Part shown: positions 28,090-32,000 of the stretch, piece by piece
Numbering within the stretch: position 1 is the first letter of the stretch
Layout: each line of letters opens with the position of its first letter
NCBI RefSeq assembly: GCF_042660085.1
Contig: NZ_JBHSTI010000008.1
Span: forward strand, 1,179,876-1,211,875
DNA from: Longivirga aurantiaca
GTDB lineage: Bacteria; Actinomycetota; Actinomycetes; S36-B12; CAIYMF01
Direction of reading: 5' to 3'
Length of the DNA stretch: 32,000 nt
Position numbers and translations under genes: made by a program
The notes under the pieces: model-generated
The model's input: the letters and a program-made list of their open reading frames with translations, nothing else
What the model was told of the DNA's origin: nothing
Database searches by the model: none

Positions 28090-29226
28090 ATGACGCCACC
28101 TGCCGATCCTTACGTCCCGCCCCAGCCTGACGACGCGCCGGACCTCGTCGCGCGCGGCCCCGAGTCGCTCCCGATCGTGGTGCCGCACCTCGTCGGATTC
28201 GTCCCCGAGCACTCGTTCGTCGTGCTCGGGCTCGACGACGCCAGCAACCGTGCGGCCGTCACGCTGCGCTTCGACATCCCTCCCGCCGGGCTCTCCGACG
28301 ACGAGCTCCTGCGGGCGCTCGAGGCCTGGACGTACGCGTTCGAGGCGCTGAGCCGGTCGGGGGCGGCCGCCGCCACAGTCGTGATCTACCCCGCCGACGC
28401 GGGGGAGCAGTGGTCCGACGTCATCGTCGACGAGCTGCCCTACCGCGAGCTGGCCGAGCTGCTCGAGGAGATGCTGACCGCCGCGGAGCACGACGTCCGT
28501 GAGGTGGTCTGCGTGGTCGGGGACCGCACGAGGTCGTACCTCTGCGAGAACCTCGGGTGCTGCCCCGTCGAGGGCCGTGCCCTCGACCCGTCCGAGGCAC
28601 TGCGCATCAGGGCCTCGCTCGTCGAGCGCGGGTCGGCGCCGATGAGCCGTCGGCAGTCGCTGGTGGACGCCCTCGACGCCCGGCCGGACGACGACCCGGT
28701 TCGCGCCGCTGTCCTGCACGCGCGCCCGGGGGCGCTCGCCCGTCAGTCGGGCGAGGTCGTGGCGGACGTCGAGGCGTTCCTGCACGCGGTGGCGCACTGG
28801 GGGCACAACCGCGACGGCGCCGCGAGGCGGTTCACCCGGCTCGTCGCCACCGCGGGTCTGCTGGTGCTCGACATCCCGCCGCGCGACTACCTGCTGCGCG
28901 AGCTCGCGGTGGAGTGCGACCGGCCGATCCTCGAGGCCGTGCGCACGGTGCTGTCCGAGGCGGTCCGGTGCGCACGGGACGACGAGGTGGCAGCGCTCGC
29001 CGCTGTGCTGGGGGTATCCGCCTGGCTCTCGGGGGACGGCGCCGCGGCACGCATCGCGCTGGACCGGTCGCTCGCGGCGGACCCGTCGTACTCGCTCGCC
29101 CACCTCATGTCGGCGGCGCTCGACGCCGGCATCCCCCCGTGGTCGTGGCGGGAGTCGATGCGCGACCTCACCGCCGAGGCGATCCTCGCCGCCGCCCGAC
29201 CCGGCCAGGCGCGTTCGCCGGCGTGA
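28090..29226 (+). CDS. DUF4192 domain-containing protein
   Basis: LPIVVPHLVGFVPEHSFVVLGL ... VRAAVLHARPG ... AAVLGVSAWLSGDGAAARIALDRSLAADPSYSLAHLMSAALDAGIPPWSWRESM is characteristic of DUF4192. Confidence 0.9.
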   Translation: MTPPADPYVPPQPDDAPDLVARGPESLPIVVPHLVGFVPEHSFVVLGLDDASNRAAVTLRFDIPPAGLSDDELLRALEAWTYAFEALSRSGAAAATVVIYPADAGEQWSDVIVDELPYRELAELLEEMLTAAEHDVREVVCVVGDRTRSYLCENLGCCPVEGRALDPSEALRIRASLVERGSAPMSRRQSLVDALDARPDDDPVRAAVLHARPGALARQSGEVVADVEAFLHAVAHWGHNRDGAARRFTRLVATAGLLVLDIPPRDYLLRELAVECDRPILEAVRTVLSEAVRCARDDEVAALAAVLGVSAWLSGDGAAARIALDRSLAADPSYSLAHLMSAALDAGIPPWSWRESMRDLTAEAILAAARPGQARSPA

Positions 29227-30316
29227 TCTCGCCGAACGGCGGCACGTCGTCGACCTCGACCCGGGTGGCATCGACGCCCAGCGCCTCGACGGCGTCGATC
29301 CAGGCGTCGACCTCCTCCCAGCGGTCGAACAGCCACGTCGACAGCTCGGGGACGGTCGTGGGGACGGAGGGCCCGGCATGCACCTGCCACCCGACGTAGA
29401 GCGTCTTGTCGGTGGGGATCTCGCGCCAGATGGTGCGCACGTCCGTGAGCCGGTCGAGCCCGGTGTGCGCGACCACCACGACGTCGGCGCCGGGCTGCGC
29501 GAGGAGCACGCGGCGCACGCCGCCCGGCCGGGGTGCCAGCACGTGCTGCATGCGCTCCGCCCGGTCGGCGGCCTCGTCGTGGCCCGCCGTGCGCAGCCGG
29601 TCGATCCGTGTGGACCGGCGTCCCTCGGTGAAGTTGCCGCCCTCGGGGAAGATCAGCAGCGCGTCGTCCGGGCCCATGCCCGCGGCGAGCTCCTCGATCG
29701 CACGGGTGGCCGCCTCGGGATCGGCGGGGTTGGGGTCGATGAACGCCACCGGCAGCCGGCCGAGCAGGACGTCGATGATCGGGTCGATCTGCAGGGTGTC
29801 CTTGAGCACGATGCGCGGACGGCGCCCCGTCCAGCTGAGGATCTCGCGGACGAGCAGGAACGAGTCGCCCGGGCCGGCATGGCGGCTGAGCACGAGCCTG
29901 GGCCGGTCGTCGCGGGCGCCGTCGCCGTCGAGGTCGTCCATGTCCATGGACCCCGCGCGGACCACGGTGAGGCAGAAGAAGCGACGACCGAAGACGAACA
30001 GCGTCTCGAGGAGCCCACGCAGCAGGCCGTAGTGCAGGCGGGTGAAGAACTCGTTGCGGATCTTCCAGCCGAACCCGCTCGCCACCCAGGTGAGGAACAG
30101 GATCGTCAGGCCGACGACCTCGAGGCCGAGGTAGACGATCGCGAAGCCCAGCACGCGCAGCGGCTTGAACCACGGGGGGAGCGCGAACGACACGAGCACC
30201 AGCAGCAGGAGGATCCAGGGGATCGCGAACAGGATGAGCCACACCCCGAAGAACCACACGAGCGGCGCGACCACGATCCGACGGAGCCAGTACGGCGGCA
30301 GCCAGAGGTTCATCAC
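29168..30316 (-). CDS. lysophospholipid/1-acylglycerol-3-phosphate acyltransferase-like membrane protein
   Basis: 382 aa; N-terminal hydrophobic helices, LVLSRHAGPGDSFLLVREIL (HxxxxD), LLIFPEGGNFTEGRR (FPEG). Confidence 0.85.
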   Translation of the reverse strand: MMNLWLPPYWLRRIVVAPLVWFFGVWLILFAIPWILLLLVLVSFALPPWFKPLRVLGFAIVYLGLEVVGLTILFLTWVASGFGWKIRNEFFTRLHYGLLRGLLETLFVFGRRFFCLTVVRAGSMDMDDLDGDGARDDRPRLVLSRHAGPGDSFLLVREILSWTGRRPRIVLKDTLQIDPIIDVLLGRLPVAFIDPNPADPEAATRAIEELAAGMGPDDALLIFPEGGNFTEGRRSTRIDRLRTAGHDEAADRAERMQHVLAPRPGGVRRVLLAQPGADVVVVAHTGLDRLTDVRTIWREIPTDKTLYVGWQVHAGPSVPTTVPELSTWLFDRWEEVDAWIDAVEALGVDATRVEVDDVPPFGEITPANAPGRVGRRRGSPRR

Positions 30317-30325
30317 GTCCCCCAG

Positions 30326-31207
30326 TCAGCCGGTGATTCCGAGGTCGGCGAGGTAGGCGGTCGACGCGTTGCGCGCGGCCGCGATCCGCTCCGGGATCCG
30401 GCTGGTGTCGCGGTACCCGAGCGAGGCGCGCTCGTTGTAGCGCGGCGCCGTGCCCCCCGTGGGCAGCACGTGCACCTCGAGCTCGCCCTGGCTGCGTGCG
30501 AGCGAGGCGGTGAAACGGGCGCGCCGCGCGACCTCGAAGGCGACCAGGCCGACCTCGAGCGGGTTGGTGGCGGGGGAGAGCGGCTGCTCGACCCGGCCCA
30601 CCTGCAGCACGAACACCCGCTCGGCCCCCGCCTTGCGGGCACGGTCGAGCGGGATCGAGTTGACGATGCCGCCGTCGATGAAGTGCTCGCCGTCGATCTC
30701 GTACGCCGGGAAGAGCCCGGGCACCGCCGAGGACGCCAGCACCGCCGGCACGATCGGCCCGGAGGTGAACCAGTGCTCGGCCGCCCGCTCGATCGACGCA
30801 GCGCAGCACATGAACGGCACCTGGAGGTCCTCGATGAGCGTCACGGTCAGGTGCCGCTCGACCAGCACCTGCAGCGCCTTGTGGCCGTAGAGGGCGGTGC
30901 GGGTGCGCCACGCGGTCCGGGTGACGGTCTGGGCCCGCTCGAGCCACGAGCCCGAGAACGGGCCCTCGTCGGCGTCGGACCAGAGCGCCTCGAGCCGGTC
31001 GACACCCGCCATCGTCGGGTCGTCGGCGACGAGCGCGCCGTTGGCGGCCCCGATCGACGTGCCGATCACGAGGTCGGGCCGCACGCCCGCCTCGACGAGC
31101 GCCCGCAGCATCCCGACCTCGGCGGCGCCGAGCAGTCCGCCTCCACCGAGGACGAACGCCGTCCGCGGCCGCTGCGTCGGCGGCTGCGCGTGGGGCTCCG
31201 AGGTCAC
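30326..31207 (-). CDS. patatin-like phospholipase family protein
   Basis: GTG start at 31207 (VTSEPHAQP); FVLGGGGLLGAAEVGML (oxyanion loop), VIGTSIGAANGA (GxSxG), HFIDGGIVNSIPL (DG/A dyad). Confidence 0.9.
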   Translation of the reverse strand: MTSEPHAQPPTQRPRTAFVLGGGGLLGAAEVGMLRALVEAGVRPDLVIGTSIGAANGALVADDPTMAGVDRLEALWSDADEGPFSGSWLERAQTVTRTAWRTRTALYGHKALQVLVERHLTVTLIEDLQVPFMCCAASIERAAEHWFTSGPIVPAVLASSAVPGLFPAYEIDGEHFIDGGIVNSIPLDRARKAGAERVFVLQVGRVEQPLSPATNPLEVGLVAFEVARRARFTASLARSQGELEVHVLPTGGTAPRYNERASLGYRDTSRIPERIAAARNASTAYLADLGITG

Positions 31208-31341
31208 CCCGGCATCGTGGCACGCCGTACCCCGTGTGGCGCGTGTGACGCCGGAGCCCAGCGGGGCGCAGGTGGGGGAGGTTCCTCCACAGGCGCTCAC
31301 GACGGGTGGCACAGGGCGGGTCCGATCCCTACCGTCGTGTC

Positions 31342-32000
31342 GTGCGGTCCCCGTCACGGGCCTCGGCAGGACGCCGTCGCCGTCACATCCGGCCCCTCAC
31401 CCGCATCGCGGCTCTCGCCCTGGCCGCCCTGACCTGCACGACCGCACCGGCCCTCGTCACGACGGGCCCGGCGCACGCCGTCGACGTGATCGGCGACGAC
31501 GGCTCCGACATCTACACCGGCACCGGCGGGGTGGTCTTCCCGTCGTCCACCTGGCGCGGCGACGAGACCGGTCGGTCGGACGCCGCGGCCTGCGACGGCT
31601 GCACCTGGAGCATCACCGCGTTCTGCACCCGAGCCGACTTCGACCTCGGCAGTTGCACGGCGAGCCACCTCGACTGCCCGGCCGACCTCATCCGGGTGCG
31701 CGTCTGGCTGGCACAGCCGGGGGAGCCGCGCCGGTTCGTCGGCGCAGCGTGCATCGGGGGTACGCCGCCGCCCACCAGGACGGAGATCGGGGCCGCCGTC
31801 CGCGAGGCGGCGTCGCAGGCGCTGCCTGCCCTCCGTGCGGGGGCGCAGCCGGCCGACGGCGCTCTGATCGGGGTGCCGGCCGTGTTCCGCACCGGTCAGC
31901 CCGTCGGAGGGCTCGTCGGCGCCGATCTCTCGCTGCTCGGCCTCGACGTGCGCCTCGACGCCCGCCCGCGCTGGTGGTGGGCCTGGGGCGACGGCGGCAG
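31342..32000 (+). CDS. secreted protein with possible PKD-type domain, truncated at right edge
   Basis: GTG start gives MRSPSRASAGRRRRHIRPLTRIAALALAALTCTTAPALVTTGPAHAVDVIGDDG (signal peptide); later RPRWWWAWGDGG at the window edge resembles a PKD W-x-FGDG motif. Frame open to 32000. Confidence 0.6.
   Translation, partial: MRSPSRASAGRRRRHIRPLTRIAALALAALTCTTAPALVTTGPAHAVDVIGDDGSDIYTGTGGVVFPSSTWRGDETGRSDAAACDGCTWSITAFCTRADFDLGSCTASHLDCPADLIRVRVWLAQPGEPRRFVGAACIGGTPPPTRTEIGAAVREAASQALPALRAGAQPADGALIGVPAVFRTGQPVGGLVGADLSLLGLDVRLDARPRWWWAWGDGG

Noticed and set aside
26320-29226. 968-aa plus-strand ORF ending in DUF4192
   Set aside because: The N-terminal two thirds is antisense to plsC or out of frame over dinB and has no motifs. 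The real protein starts at the ATG at 28090.

Overview
This is a high-GC actinobacterial (probably Micrococcales-like) chromosomal window with ordinary, densely packed genes. I see no CRISPR array, tRNA/rRNA, transposase, integrase or phage module. Clearly recognisable content: an edge fragment of a methyltransferase, an alpha/beta hydrolase, a multi-PAS diguanylate cyclase, a GNAT acetyltransferase with a coupled zinc-ribbon microprotein, sbcD-sbcC, a NERD-like membrane protein, fhs, a BNR/sialidase-like protein paired with a MoaD/ThiS-like protein, a YtcJ-type amidohydrolase, a YdeI-like protein, hrpA, a YczE-like membrane protein, a three-gene reductive pyrimidine/hydantoin catabolism operon (nitrilase family, dihydropyrimidinase/hydantoinase, LLM oxidoreductase), a VOC protein, PlsC-like acyltransferases, DinB, DUF4192, a patatin, and the start of a secreted protein. 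The most unusual locus is the long intergenic region at about 16.38-16.68 kb. It holds a series of strong inverted repeats, a good Shine-Dalgarno sequence followed by a 9-codon ORF (MDDFGPWDD), and a perfect 12-bp-stem intrinsic terminator. It looks like a stand-alone structured RNA or mini-peptide transcription unit that I cannot assign to a known family. All function calls come from reading motifs; no database search was run.
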